NCBI GenBank assembly: GCA_016187485.1
Contig: JACPJO010000004.1
Coordinates: 56,306 to 120,305, forward strand
DNA: 64,000 nucleotides
Origin: Candidatus Uhrbacteria bacterium
GTDB taxonomy: Bacteria; Patescibacteriota; Patescibacteriia; UBA9934; UBA10169
Direction of reading: 5' to 3'
Shown here: positions 44,368-54,349 of the stretch, in pieces
How the letters are laid out: the number at the start of each line of letters is the position of its first letter
Position numbering within the stretch: the first letter of the stretch is position 1
Notes under the pieces: model-generated
Database searches by the model: none
Told to the model about the DNA's origin: nothing
The model's input: only the letters and a program-made list of their open reading frames with translations
Translations under genes and position numbers: made by a program

Positions 44368-44949
44368 TTATTTGGTCTGTGTTTTCAATTGTCGCAGTCC
44401 GACAAGCGTCGCACGCGCAATATTCAATTTGTTGCCAGACCCCATGATTTTACTCACCGCATTTGGGACACCGGCCATTTCCAACACGACCCGGACCGCA
44501 CCGCCGGCTTTCAGTCCTGTTCCGGCTGGCGCGGGTTTCAAGAGCACAACCGCTGCGCGATATTTCGCCGACACCGCATGAGGGAACGTTCCTTCCTTAA
44601 GCGGGATCGTAAACACGTTGCGCTTCGCTTGACGATAGGCCTTTTCTACCGACATGGCCACATCCGCTCCTTTTGCTACCCCGACACCGACACGGCCCTT
44701 TTTATCGCCAATCACCAGCGTGGCGCGGAAACGCATGCGCTTTCCGCCAGCGGTCACGCGCGTCACGCGCGAGAGATCTAAAATCTTTTGATCAAATTCA
44801 CGCTGTTCGCGTTCACGTCGGGCACCGCCTGGACCACGACGGCCTCCTCGCCCGCCCCCGGCCCCGCCGCGTCCCGGCATACCTCGGCCGCGACGTTCTC
44901 CGTGCGGCTTTGTGTCTGTTCCTTTTTGTTCTTGTGTCGTCGGTTCCAT
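44368..44949 (-). CDS. rpsE: 30S ribosomal protein uS5, with Gly/Arg-rich N-terminal extension
   Basis: RVTRVTAGGKRMRF, LLKPAPAGTGLKAGG. Confidence 0.96.
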   Translation of the reverse strand: MEPTTQEQKGTDTKPHGERRGRGMPGRGGAGGGRGGRRGPGGARREREQREFDQKILDLSRVTRVTAGGKRMRFRATLVIGDKKGRVGVGVAKGADVAMSVEKAYRQAKRNVFTIPLKEGTFPHAVSAKYRAAVVLLKPAPAGTGLKAGGAVRVVLEMAGVPNAVSKIMGSGNKLNIARATLVGLRQLKTQTK

Positions 44950-44950
44950 A

Positions 44951-45313
44951 TTAGAATTTGATTCCTCCGGCGCGCACGGCATCCGCCAGAGCCTTCACGC
45001 GTCCATGATAACGATATGCGCCGCGGTCAAACACCGCCGTCGTAATCCCCTTTGCAAGGGCGAGCTTCCCTAGTTCTTCTCCAACCCATACCGCACGTTG
45101 GGTTTTTGTCTTTTTGTCCGTGTGCTTTCGGTCAGAAGCCGCACACAGGGTCTTTCCCGTGTCGTCATTAATCAGCTGCGCTTCAATATATTTAAGCGAA
45201 CGGAACACGCACAGACGCGGGTGTACCGCTGTACCATGCATGGCGGACCGTGTGCGACGCTGCCTAAGCGTGTGGTGCTTTTGCTTCAAAAGTGTAAGAC
45301 GGCGTGTAGTCAT
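44951..45313 (-). CDS. rplR: 50S ribosomal protein uL18
   Basis: PRLCVFRS, VFDRGAYRYHGRVKALADAVR. Confidence 0.96.
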   Translation of the reverse strand: MTTRRLTLLKQKHHTLRQRRTRSAMHGTAVHPRLCVFRSLKYIEAQLINDDTGKTLCAASDRKHTDKKTKTQRAVWVGEELGKLALAKGITTAVFDRGAYRYHGRVKALADAVRAGGIKF

Positions 45314-45314
45314 A

Positions 45315-45869
45315 TTATTCGGCTGATTTGGCGGCCTTGCCCGCTTTACGACGGATCACTTCGTCCGTATATTTCATCCCCTTTCCTTTGTACGGTTCCG
45401 GTTTTTTGAGCGAGCGGAGATATGCCGTAAATTGGCCCACTTGTTCCTTGTCGGCTCCCGTTACCGTAATGATACCCTTTTCAACCGTCACGGTTAGACC
45501 TTCCGGGATCGGCACATCCACATCGTGTGAAAAACCAAGCGACAGCTGGATCTTTTTTCCCATCAGGGCCGCTTTGAATCCCACGCCAATCAACTCAAGT
45601 GACTTCGTGTATCCCGTACTGACGCCTGTCACCATGTTGCCGAGAAGCGCGCGGGTCGTCCCCCACAGCGGTGAAAGCTCGTGCGTGTCACCGTTCACCT
45701 CGACCACCAGTGCCTTCCCATTCCCCTCCTCTCCGATTTTCGGCAACATGGAAGCATGAACGTTTCGTGTAAGCGTTCCTTTGGGCCCCTTCACCGTCAC
45801 GTGTGTGCCATCAATCATGACCTCAACACCGGCAGGAAGGAGAATCGGTTTTTTTCCAACACGTGACAT
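45315..45869 (-). CDS. rplF: 50S ribosomal protein uL6
   Basis: MSRVGKKPI, GPKGTL, LGFSH, PEPYKGKG. Confidence 0.97.
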   Translation of the reverse strand: MSRVGKKPILLPAGVEVMIDGTHVTVKGPKGTLTRNVHASMLPKIGEEGNGKALVVEVNGDTHELSPLWGTTRALLGNMVTGVSTGYTKSLELIGVGFKAALMGKKIQLSLGFSHDVDVPIPEGLTVTVEKGIITVTGADKEQVGQFTAYLRSLKKPEPYKGKGMKYTDEVIRRKAGKAAKSAE

Positions 45870-45870
45870 A

Positions 45871-46263
45871 TTAGAAGATTTCACAAATCACTTCACCGCC
45901 CAAACGACGGGAGCGCGCTTCTTTATTCGTCATGATACCGCTTGAGGTAGAAACAATCGCAAAGCCAAACCCGGAAAGGACTCGTGGAAGTTCCGTTGCC
46001 TTGCGATACACGCGTGATCCAGGCGTGCTCACGCGGCGCAGAGACCGCAATCGCGGTTCCCCATCTTCGTATGCAAGCGTAAGAACAATCGAGCGTCCGA
46101 TGCCTTCTCCCACGACGTCCGCTTTCTTCACAAACCCTTCGGCGGCAAGAATTTTGGCAATTGCCCACTTCACATTGGAGTAGGGAACCGCCACCTCGGT
46201 TTTGTGAACCGCCGAGGCGTTGCGCAAGCGCGTCAACATGTCTGAAATTGGGTCGGTGATCAT
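45871..46263 (-). CDS. rpsH: 30S ribosomal protein uS8
   Basis: DPISDMLTRLRNA, RVSTPGSRVY, STSSGIMT. Confidence 0.97.
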   Translation of the reverse strand: MITDPISDMLTRLRNASAVHKTEVAVPYSNVKWAIAKILAAEGFVKKADVVGEGIGRSIVLTLAYEDGEPRLRSLRRVSTPGSRVYRKATELPRVLSGFGFAIVSTSSGIMTNKEARSRRLGGEVICEIF

Positions 46264-46265
46264 AT

Positions 46266-46451
46266 TTACCAGCTCGATTTTTTGAGGCCCGGGATCATTC
46301 CCGTGTTCGCTAATTCACGGAAGCAAATACGGCACAGGCGGAAGTCGCGCATGAATCCGCGAATACGTCCGCACCGCCAGCAACGGTGAATCTTGCGTGT
46401 GGAGAACTTGGGTTTTTTGTTCGCTTTCGCGACACGTGCTTTCGTAGCCAT
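46266..46451 (-). CDS. rpsN: 30S ribosomal protein uS14, Zn-binding (type Z)
   Basis: RCWRCGR...LCRICFRE...PGLKKSSW. Confidence 0.96.
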   Translation of the reverse strand: MATKARVAKANKKPKFSTRKIHRCWRCGRIRGFMRDFRLCRICFRELANTGMIPGLKKSSW

Positions 46452-46454
46452 AGA

Positions 46455-47000
46455 TTAGGTGCGTTGGAAGGGGAATCCGAGAGCGCGCAAGAGTTTGACG
46501 CCCGCGTCATGCGTCTGCGCATCCGTCGTAATCGTGACTTGCAGGCCGTGCAGACTTTCAATCTCGTCAGACTTAATTTCCGGAAAAGCCGTGTGCTCGC
46601 GGAATCCGTACGAGAAGTTGCCGTGCGCATCCACACAGGAAAGCGGGATACCGCGGAAATCACGCACGCGGGGGAACGTCACCTCAACCAACTTATCCAG
46701 AAAATCCCACATCCGGCCGCCGCGAAGCGTTACCACCATCCCTACCACCATCCCCTCGCGGATTTTGAATCCAGCAATGGATTGGCGCGCAAGTGTTTTC
46801 ACCGGCTTCTGTCCCGTCACGCGAAGAAGGGTCTGCTCCACCACCTCCGCGATTTTCGAATCCTTACCGCTCTTTGCGTTGAGCCCCACATTCACCGTCA
46901 CCTTTGAAACAGACGGCACTTGGTGTGTATTCGAAAGCGCGAGCTCTTTTTGGAGCGCAGACTTCACCGTCTTCGTATAGAGTTCTTTCAGGCGTGTCAT
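46455..47000 (-). CDS. rplE: 50S ribosomal protein uL5
   Basis: TGQKP, SIAGFKIREG, VTLRG, PRVRDFRG. Confidence 0.97.
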   Translation of the reverse strand: MTRLKELYTKTVKSALQKELALSNTHQVPSVSKVTVNVGLNAKSGKDSKIAEVVEQTLLRVTGQKPVKTLARQSIAGFKIREGMVVGMVVTLRGGRMWDFLDKLVEVTFPRVRDFRGIPLSCVDAHGNFSYGFREHTAFPEIKSDEIESLHGLQVTITTDAQTHDAGVKLLRALGFPFQRT

Positions 47001-47001
47001 A

Positions 47002-47313
47002 TTACGCAACATCTTGTGTTTTTCCGGCTTTCCGCAGAACGCGCACCTTCACCGGTTTTCCGTCTTTTTGGATAAAACGGTAGCCCACACGGACCCCCTC
47101 GCCCTTAAGTTGGAGAGCGGAGAGCGCGAGCGGGGCGGGGAATTCGACAATTTGGCCGCGTACGCCTTTGCGATTGCGCAGGTGACGCTTGCGGATGTTA
47201 ATGCCTTCCACCACCGCACGACCAAGCTTGGGAAAGACTTGCAAAATCTTTCCTTCCTTCCCCTTATCTTTGCCGCTTCGTACGCGGACCATGTCGCCCG
47301 TTTTCAGTTTCAT
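47002..47313 (-). CDS. rplX: 50S ribosomal protein uL24
   Basis: MKLKTGDMVRVRSGKDKGKEG, VVEGIN. Confidence 0.95.
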   Translation of the reverse strand: MKLKTGDMVRVRSGKDKGKEGKILQVFPKLGRAVVEGINIRKRHLRNRKGVRGQIVEFPAPLALSALQLKGEGVRVGYRFIQKDGKPVKVRVLRKAGKTQDVA

Positions 47314-47314
47314 A

Positions 47315-47686
47315 TTAGAGAACTTCGGGAGCAAGAGAAAGAATTTTCGTAAACCCGCCAGCGCGGAGTTCGCGGGCCACGGGGCCGAAAATGCGCGTAC
47401 CCTTTGGCTCCTTTGTCTTTTTATCGACAACCACCGCCGCATTTTCATCAAAGCGAATATAGGTCCCGTCCGGACGGCGCACTTCTTTGCGTGAACGCAC
47501 CAGCACGGCGTGCACGACATCGCTTTTCTTTACGAGTCCACGCGGAGCGGCATCTTTTACCACACACGTCATGATCTCCCCCAAACGGCTGTAATGTTTT
47601 TTGTACCCGCCAAGAACACGAATCACTTGCAATCTCTTGGCTCCGGAATTGTCTGCCACGGCAAGCATGGCGCGATGTTGAACCAT
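47315..47686 (-). CDS. rplN: 50S ribosomal protein uL14
   Basis: [29 protein letters not shown]. Confidence 0.97.
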   Translation of the reverse strand: MVQHRAMLAVADNSGAKRLQVIRVLGGYKKHYSRLGEIMTCVVKDAAPRGLVKKSDVVHAVLVRSRKEVRRPDGTYIRFDENAAVVVDKKTKEPKGTRIFGPVARELRAGGFTKILSLAPEVL

Positions 47687-47687
47687 A

Positions 47688-47945
47688 TTAGGATTTCGTC
47701 ACTTTTTCCACAACGCGCCAGCGCTTCGTACGCGACATGGGCCGACACGTTTCAAAGAGCACCACATCCCCCACGGCAAAGACACCCGCTTCGTTGTGAA
47801 CAGCGTAGCGTTTCTGACGCTTCATGCGCTTGCCATACTTGGGATGCACAAGTGTGCGTTCCACCACAACAATAAGCGTCTTGGCAGGAGCTACCGAAGC
47901 TACTGTACCGGTCATGCGGCGTGTGATTGGGGAAGAGTTGGTCAT
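47688..47945 (-). CDS. rpsQ: 30S ribosomal protein uS17
   Basis: [22 protein letters not shown]. Confidence 0.95.
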   Translation of the reverse strand: MTNSSPITRRMTGTVASVAPAKTLIVVVERTLVHPKYGKRMKRQKRYAVHNEAGVFAVGDVVLFETCRPMSRTKRWRVVEKVTKS

Positions 47946-48127
47946 ACGTTATGGGTGCGAAGAGCTGTTTCCAGTTGCGCAATCTCCTTTTTAAGCGCGC
48001 GCATTTCGCGCACGTCTTTGCGCTGTCCGACCGCGCATTCATAGCGCATCGCGGCATGCGCGTTGCGCGCACGGGCGATATGCTCCATGATCTCGGTTTT
48101 GGATTGTGGGATAGTGAGCTTTTTCAT
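47942..48127 (-). CDS. rpmC: 50S ribosomal protein uL29
   Basis: Position between rplP and rpsQ; MRALKKEIAQLET motif. Confidence 0.85.
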   Translation of the reverse strand: MKKLTIPQSKTEIMEHIARARNAHAAMRYECAVGQRKDVREMRALKKEIAQLETALRTHNV

Positions 48128-48130
48128 ACG

Positions 48131-48553
48131 TTACGCGCGAAGCGTTTTCGTCACCACCCGAGCGGTGAGAGGCAGTTTATACGCGGCAAGCGACAGCGCT
48201 TGGCGCGCCACCTCTTCCGTGATGCCGTCCATCTCAAACAGAATAGTGCCTGGGCGCACAATCACCACAAAGTGGTCCACAGCTCCCTTCCCTTTTCCCA
48301 TCGGCATTTCCGAACCTTTTGTGGTAATAGGATGATCGGGAAACACGCGGATCCACACCTTACCTCCGCGTTTGATAGAGCGTGTCATGGCGCGGCGGGC
48401 TGCTTCAATCTGGCGCGAGGTCACAAAGGATTCGCTGGTTGCCTTAAGACCGAAGGAACCAAAAGCCAGACGCGTCTTTTGTGAAGCCATGCGCTTCCCA
48501 AGACCGCGTCCTTTCTGCCACTTTCGATGTTTGACTTTCTTTGGCATCAACAT
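48131..48553 (-). CDS. rplP: 50S ribosomal protein uL16
   Basis: [33 protein letters not shown]. Confidence 0.97.
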   Translation of the reverse strand: MLMPKKVKHRKWQKGRGLGKRMASQKTRLAFGSFGLKATSESFVTSRQIEAARRAMTRSIKRGGKVWIRVFPDHPITTKGSEMPMGKGKGAVDHFVVIVRPGTILFEMDGITEEVARQALSLAAYKLPLTARVVTKTLRA

Positions 48554-48555
48554 AC

Positions 48556-49218
48556 TTAGGTGGTTTTCTCTTCGGGTTTCCGATCAAAGACTTCCCCACG
48601 ATAAATCCACACACGCACCCCGATCGTTCCAAAAATGGTAAAGGCGGGCACGTGGGCAAAATCAATATCGGCGCGGAGATTCTGCAGAGGCACTTTTCCG
48701 CTTGTAAGTTTTTCGCGGCGCGCAATTTCCGCACCATTCAACCGGCCCGACACAATAATCTTGACTCCTTCGGCGCCGGCTTTCATGACACGATCAATGG
48801 CTCCCTTCATGCACGTGCGAAACGGCATGCGGCGTTCAAGTTCGGTGGCAATCTGCTGCCCCACGATACGCGCAGAAAGCATGGGACGAGTAACTTCCTT
48901 CACGTTCAGCGCAAGGTGTATGCGTTTGCCGGGAAAGAGGGCGCGCATAAGCTTCTTGCGCAGATCCTCGATACCTGCTCCCGCACGACCAATAATAAAC
49001 CCGGGTTTCGCGGCCACAATCGTGACATGGATCTGTTGAAGAGAGCGTTCAATCCGAATGTGATCTACCCCAGCCTCTTTCAAGTTCTTTTCCAAGAACG
49101 CGCGAATGTTATGATCTTCCTGCAAAAGGCGCGGGAATTCTTTTTTCGAAAACCACAAGGAGTCCCATGTGCGAATCGTGGAGAGGCGGAAAGCTTTTGG
49201 ATGAACTTTTGTTCCCAT
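48556..49218 (-). CDS. rpsC: 30S ribosomal protein uS3
   Basis: [31 protein letters not shown]. Confidence 0.97.
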   Translation of the reverse strand: MGTKVHPKAFRLSTIRTWDSLWFSKKEFPRLLQEDHNIRAFLEKNLKEAGVDHIRIERSLQQIHVTIVAAKPGFIIGRAGAGIEDLRKKLMRALFPGKRIHLALNVKEVTRPMLSARIVGQQIATELERRMPFRTCMKGAIDRVMKAGAEGVKIIVSGRLNGAEIARREKLTSGKVPLQNLRADIDFAHVPAFTIFGTIGVRVWIYRGEVFDRKPEEKTT

Positions 49219-49223
49219 AGGAT

Positions 49224-49568
49224 TTAGTGTTTTGCAGGGCGTTCGCCAAGCACAAGAGTAATGTGACTTGTACGCTTGCGGATTGGTGCCGCCCGACCTT
49301 GCGCCCGTGGGCGGTAGCGGTATAACACCGGGCCGCCGTCTACACGCAAAGAGATAATCGAAAGCCCCTCGCCAGAATGCTGAAAGTTGTTCTTTGCATT
49401 GGCCACTGCCGAACGCAAGAGCTTCAGCACAACGGAAGCTGCCGCTTTGTTGAGAAGCTGGAGCTGACGATCCGCGCGCGCAGTGTTCATGCCCCGCACA
49501 AGCCCCGTCACAAGACGGACCTTTCGCGGAGACATGCGTACGCTGTTGGCTTTTGCAAAAAATTCCAT
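49224..49568 (-). CDS. rplV: 50S ribosomal protein uL22
   Basis: SPRKVRLV, SAVANA, PRAQGRA..IRKRTSHIT. Confidence 0.96.
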   Translation of the reverse strand: MEFFAKANSVRMSPRKVRLVTGLVRGMNTARADRQLQLLNKAAASVVLKLLRSAVANAKNNFQHSGEGLSIISLRVDGGPVLYRYRPRAQGRAAPIRKRTSHITLVLGERPAKH

Positions 49569-49569
49569 A

Positions 49570-49905
49570 TTATTTCTTTGGAGAAGCGGCAGGGGCCGGC
49601 GCGGCGGCAGCTGCAGCGCCCTCTGCTCCCTCTTCGATCGCCTTCTGCATCTTTCCTCCGTGGCGCACGAACTTACGTGTCGGAGAAAACTCCCCCAACC
49701 GGTGTCCCACCATATTCTCCACGACCCGCACAGGAATATGGTCTTTGCCGTTGTGCACACCAATCGTGAAACCAACCATTTCAGGCGTTACCATACTTGC
49801 TCGCGACCATGTCTTTATCACCGTTTTATCGCCGGGTTTCAATGCCTGAACACGCGCAAGCAGTTTTGCGTCTACAAAGGGTCCTTTTTTAAGCGATCGT
49901 GACAT
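49570..49905 (-). CDS. rpsS: 30S ribosomal protein uS19, with Ala/Pro-rich C-terminal tail
   Basis: [31 protein letters not shown]. Confidence 0.97.
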   Translation of the reverse strand: MSRSLKKGPFVDAKLLARVQALKPGDKTVIKTWSRASMVTPEMVGFTIGVHNGKDHIPVRVVENMVGHRLGEFSPTRKFVRHGGKMQKAIEEGAEGAAAAAAPAPAASPKK

Positions 49906-49907
49906 AG

Positions 49908-50747
49908 TTAGCGCTTTGCCGTTTTACGGCGAGACAAGATAAAGATATCTGAGGACTTTTTCCGACGCGTCTTCACACCCAATGCCGGTTTGCCCGTTGG
50001 GGTCTTTGGATGTTTCAGACCAATGGAGTTGCGGCCTTCTCCTCCTCCGTGTGGGTGATCAACCGGGTTCATGGCTTTTCCACGCACCGTCGGACGGATG
50101 CCGCGGTGGCGCATGCGCCCTGCCTTTCCCCAGCGAATCAAACGATAGTCCGGATTGGACACTGCGCCCACTGTGGCCATGCACCCCTTCGAGAGCAGGC
50201 GTACCTCACCGGACTGAAGACGTACGGTTGCCATCTCTCCTTCCACTGCCACCACTTGCGCCGATGTGCCTGCAGAACGCACCATGCGCCCTCCCTGTCC
50301 GGGAGAGAGTTCTATATCATGAATGGGCATACCCACCGGAATGACGGAGAGGGGGAAACGATTCCCCTCGACAATTTCGCCGCGCTCTTTGGAAGCGACG
50401 ATCATCGCGCCAACCCGTGCGTGCTCGGGAGCAATGCTGTAGCGTTTCTCACCATCACGATAGATAAGCAACATCAAACGCGCACCACGGTTCGGATCAT
50501 ATTCAATCGCGGCAATACGCGCGGGCACGTTAAACTTCTCGCGCTTGTAGTCTACGTCGCGCAAGAATCGCGCTTCCCCACCTCCGCGATGGCGTACCGT
50601 AATGCGCCCGTGGTTTGCACGCCCCGCATGCTGTTTACGCACGCGCAGAAGCGACTTCTCTGGTTCGAATTTCGTCAGGTCGGCAAAAGCATCTACCGAA
50701 GAGATGCGGCGGCCGGCACTGGTTGGTTTGTAGCGTTTGACGGGCAT
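49908..50747 (-). CDS. rplB: 50S ribosomal protein uL2
   Basis: [34 protein letters not shown]. Confidence 0.98.
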   Translation of the reverse strand: MPVKRYKPTSAGRRISSVDAFADLTKFEPEKSLLRVRKQHAGRANHGRITVRHRGGGEARFLRDVDYKREKFNVPARIAAIEYDPNRGARLMLLIYRDGEKRYSIAPEHARVGAMIVASKERGEIVEGNRFPLSVIPVGMPIHDIELSPGQGGRMVRSAGTSAQVVAVEGEMATVRLQSGEVRLLSKGCMATVGAVSNPDYRLIRWGKAGRMRHRGIRPTVRGKAMNPVDHPHGGGEGRNSIGLKHPKTPTGKPALGVKTRRKKSSDIFILSRRKTAKR

Positions 50748-50755
50748 AGGAAAAA

Positions 50756-51124
50756 TTACACGCCTTCGTAGACATCAATACGTGATCCGTGAGGAAGCGT
50801 CACGAGCGCCTTTTTACGCGCGCGCGTCGTGCCAAAGGAGCGGCCAAAACGGACTTGCCGGGGAACAACACGCGCGATGTGCACCGAAACGGGGCGGATG
50901 CCGTAGAGGGCAAAGATTGCTTTTCCAATTTCCACGCGTGTAGCACTCTTTGCGACCTCGAACACATACGTTCCCGTGGACGCAAGCCGTGAAGCCTTTT
51001 CGCTCACCCAGGGACGCCGAATAATCACGGTAGCCGCTGCCTTCAAGACATCAGAAGCCGGCGCGCGCTTTTCTGCACGTGGTGGCGTTTCCTTTTTTTC
51101 TTTTCGGCGATTAAGAAGCCCCAT
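50756..51124 (-). CDS. rplW: 50S ribosomal protein uL23, with N-terminal extension
   Basis: PWVSEKA, YVFEV, KKALVTL; start placed at ATG 51124, overlapping the end of rplD. Confidence 0.92.
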   Translation of the reverse strand: MGLLNRRKEKKETPPRAEKRAPASDVLKAAATVIIRRPWVSEKASRLASTGTYVFEVAKSATRVEIGKAIFALYGIRPVSVHIARVVPRQVRFGRSFGTTRARKKALVTLPHGSRIDVYEGV

Positions 51125-51755
51125 AGGATGCAAAAAGTGTCTTCATGGTTTCGAGTGCAGAAGAAGACGTGACGAGGCGGCCGGCCTTCAAGACTTCCTC
51201 CACGTTAAGCGCGTTCGCCGGAATCACTTCCACGCCAGAGAGGTTACGCGCCGCGCGTGACACAAGACGATTCTTGGGCTCCACGACCAGAAGCGTGCGG
51301 CGACCTGCCTGTGGAAGCACGGCAAGCATATTGGACACCTGGCGGGTTTTTCCTTCGGGAAATTCCAGAGAATCTACCGCCACGAGCCGTTCAGTCGAGA
51401 GCAGATCCGAAAGAGCCATCGCGAGTGCCTTCTGACGCAACTTGCGGTTTACCTTCACATCAAAAACACGGGTTTTGCGCGGGCCAAAAACTACGCCACC
51501 GCCCTTCCACTGCGGGGAACGGATGGAGCCCTGGCGTGCGCGACCGGTTCCTTTTTGCTTCCACGGCTTTCTCCCACCCCCGCGCACTTCGCCGCGTGTT
51601 TTCGTGTGTGCAAGCACCGCACGGCGGTTTGTCTGTTGCGCTGTCACGACTTCATAGAGCACGTTGGGATCAGCAGGCACGCTAAAAAGTTTTGCGGGAA
51701 GCTCTAGCGTTCCAACGGTCTCACCTTTTTGATTGTAGAGAGAAGTCGTTGCCAT
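51111..51755 (-). CDS. rplD: 50S ribosomal protein uL4
   Basis: TKTRGEVRGGGRKPWKQKGTGRARQGSIRSPQWKGGG. Confidence 0.97.
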   Translation of the reverse strand: MATTSLYNQKGETVGTLELPAKLFSVPADPNVLYEVVTAQQTNRRAVLAHTKTRGEVRGGGRKPWKQKGTGRARQGSIRSPQWKGGGVVFGPRKTRVFDVKVNRKLRQKALAMALSDLLSTERLVAVDSLEFPEGKTRQVSNMLAVLPQAGRRTLLVVEPKNRLVSRAARNLSGVEVIPANALNVEEVLKAGRLVTSSSALETMKTLFASYGAS

Positions 51756-51756
51756 A

Positions 51757-52383
51757 TTAGTTCCACACAGACCCTGTCACGTTGGCTCGAATAAACAAAA
51801 CGCCGCCTCGTGCTCCGGGAATCGCGCCGCGAATAGCCAGCGTGTTACGCTCGGGGTCAATAGAGACGACTTTCAAGTTTTTCACGGTGACACGCTCATC
51901 CCCCATGTGCCCCGCCATACGCATATCTTTGAACACGCGTTGCGGCCCTTGCGCACCCACGGATCCAGATTTGCGAACTTGGTCTTTGGTACCGTGCGTG
52001 GTGTTGTGCCCGTGAAACCCATGTCGCTTCACTACTCCAGCAAAGCCACGGCCTTTGGATGTTCCCGTAACATCAACGACATCCCCCACGGTAAACTCCC
52101 CGACAGTCCAGATATCACCCGTCTTCACGCCGTCCACAGAAACCACGCGAGCCTCACGCGTGAGACGCACCGGCCCCAATTGTTTCGCGCGAGCTTCTTG
52201 CGGTTTGTTAATCGTGCGCGTCGTTCCAAATCCAATCTGGACCGCATTGTAGCCATCCTTATCTTCCGTGCGAACATCGGTCACGACGCACGGCCCCGCC
52301 TCGATATAGGTGACAGGCACCACAACACCATCGTCTGTGAAGATCTGCGACATGCCCAATTTTTTGCCAATGAGGAATTTCAT
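51757..52383 (-). CDS. rplC: 50S ribosomal protein uL3
   Basis: KLGMSQIF, DGYNAVQ, SKGRGFAGVVKRHGF, MAGHMG. Confidence 0.97.
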   Translation of the reverse strand: MKFLIGKKLGMSQIFTDDGVVVPVTYIEAGPCVVTDVRTEDKDGYNAVQIGFGTTRTINKPQEARAKQLGPVRLTREARVVSVDGVKTGDIWTVGEFTVGDVVDVTGTSKGRGFAGVVKRHGFHGHNTTHGTKDQVRKSGSVGAQGPQRVFKDMRMAGHMGDERVTVKNLKVVSIDPERNTLAIRGAIPGARGGVLFIRANVTGSVWN

Positions 52384-52389
52384 ACGGTA

Positions 52390-52445
52390 TAGAAAAACCA
52401 GAAGTTTGGATACGTCCTATGCCGTAGACAAACTTCTAGTTTCCA
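52390..52445 (-). terminator. Terminator-like hairpin immediately upstream of rplC (candidate attenuator)
   Basis: The minus strand reads aactagaagtttg-tctacggcataggacgtatc-caaacttctggtt-TTTCT, then ataccgtATG. Confidence 0.55.
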
Positions 52446-52629
52446 ATACGCGACACACTTACACGTCTGGAGAATGTTGTTTGAATGAAACGTTGAACGT
52501 ATGTACTCTTGGGGGAAGCGCATGAAGGTTATCGCAGGGGATTATCTGACATCGCGCGAACTTTCTTCACGGTTCTCAAGAGTATCTGACTCTCGACCAA
52601 GCCCGTACAAAATTTTTTGTAGGGCGACA

Positions 52630-52971
52630 CTACATTTTGATCTCTACATCCACCCCGGCAGGAAGATTGAGACTCATAAGCGCGTCCATCGTGCGCTCGG
52701 TGGGACTCAATATATCTACCAGTCGCTTGTGAATACGGATCTCGTACTGCTCACGACTGTCCTTGTGCACAAATGTTGACCGGTTTGTCGTGTATTTCCG
52801 CTTCTCGGTAGGAAGCGGAATAGGACCTACCACCAAAGCATCCGAGCGTTCGGCCGCTTTTATTATGGTTCCCGTCGCCTGATCTATGATCTTATGATCA
52901 TAGGCACGGATCTTGATGCGGATCCGCTGTTTTCCGGCTTCGGCAGACTTTTGATCAACGTCTTTGGACAC
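52630..52971 (-). CDS. rpsJ: 30S ribosomal protein uS10
   Basis: [37 protein letters not shown]; GTG start. Confidence 0.96.
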   Translation of the reverse strand: MSKDVDQKSAEAGKQRIRIKIRAYDHKIIDQATGTIIKAAERSDALVVGPIPLPTEKRKYTTNRSTFVHKDSREQYEIRIHKRLVDILSPTERTMDALMSLNLPAGVDVEIKM

Positions 52972-53043
52972 AGAAGAACGATTCCCGTCATCGGCGGGCG
53001 GAGAGAGCGGTTCCCGCTCCCCGTCGCCCGCTGATCACGCAGG

Positions 53044-54237
53044 TTATTTACTTATTTTTACAATGACCCCCGCTCCCACTGTGTGTCCTCCTTCACGAAT
53101 GGCGAAGCGCTGCTTCTCTTCAAGAGCAACCGGGATGATGAGTTTCACTTGGCAGTTCACCGTGTCTCCGGGCATCACCATCTCCGTTCCGGCAGGAAGT
53201 TCAATCTCTCCCGTCACATCGGTCGTACGAATGTAGAACTGCGGCTTATACCCCTTGAAGAATGGCTTGTGGCGTCCCCCTTCCTCTTTCGTGAGGGCGT
53301 AGATCTCGGCCTCAAATTCCGTGTGGGGCGTCACCGAACCAGGCTTCGCAAGCACCATACCACGTTCCACCTCTTCCTTTTTAACACCGCGAAGGAGCAC
53401 GCCGGCGTTATCCCCTGCGCGACCCTCGTCGAGCGTCTTGTTAAACATTTCAATTCCTGTCACGACAGTCTTCATGGTTTCTTCGCGTAGCCCAACCAAT
53501 TCACCTTCCTCACCCACCTTCACGATACCGCGCTCGATGCGGCCCGTCACCACGGTGCCACGACCTTCAATCGAGAAAACATCTTCCACCGGCATGAGGA
53601 ACGGACGATCCGTCTCACGTACAGGCTCGGGGATGTATTCGTCGAGCGTCTTTAAGAGATCAAGAACCGGTTTGGCGGCCGCTTCGTCCGTGGGGTTCTG
53701 AAGCGCCTTCAAAGCGGAGCCGCGGATGATGGGCGTTTCGTCGCCGGGGAATTCGTATTTCTTCAAAAGGTCGCGAATTTCTTCCTCGACCAAATCGATG
53801 AGTTCCGGATCATCCACGGTGTCTACCTTGTTCAAGAACACGACAATGCGCGGCACGCCCACCTGGCGCGCTAGAAGAATGTGCTCACGCGTTTGCGGCA
53901 TGGGACCGTCGGCGGCAGAGACTACCAAAACAGCGCCGTCCATCTGGGCTGCTCCTGTGATCATGTTCTTTACGTAGTCAGCATGTCCGGGACAATCCAC
54001 GTGGGCGTAGTGGCGTGCCGTCGTTTCATACTCCGTATGCGCGGTGGCAATGGTAATTCCACGAGACTTGGACTCTGGAGCTTTGTCCAGATCGTCCACG
54101 CCCTTCTTCTGAGCTATAAGACCATGCGAACTGGCCACGGCAAGGATGGCCGCCGTAAGCGTCGTTTTTCCATGGTCCACGTGTCCAATGGTACCCACGT
54201 TTACGTGCGGTTTTGTTCGTTCAAACGTTCCGGCCAT
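53044..54237 (-). CDS. tuf: Elongation factor Tu
   Basis: [33 protein letters not shown]. Confidence 0.98.
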   Translation of the reverse strand: MAGTFERTKPHVNVGTIGHVDHGKTTLTAAILAVASSHGLIAQKKGVDDLDKAPESKSRGITIATAHTEYETTARHYAHVDCPGHADYVKNMITGAAQMDGAVLVVSAADGPMPQTREHILLARQVGVPRIVVFLNKVDTVDDPELIDLVEEEIRDLLKKYEFPGDETPIIRGSALKALQNPTDEAAAKPVLDLLKTLDEYIPEPVRETDRPFLMPVEDVFSIEGRGTVVTGRIERGIVKVGEEGELVGLREETMKTVVTGIEMFNKTLDEGRAGDNAGVLLRGVKKEEVERGMVLAKPGSVTPHTEFEAEIYALTKEEGGRHKPFFKGYKPQFYIRTTDVTGEIELPAGTEMVMPGDTVNCQVKLIIPVALEEKQRFAIREGGHTVGAGVIVKISK

Positions 54238-54349
54238 AATTTGGCTTTATTGAGCGACCCCAGAGGAGCGCCAATGATTAAAATTAAGTGAGTTTACAAT
54301 AATGTGGCGCCAGTATAACACAGGTCAGATTCCTTGCAAGAGGCCACCC

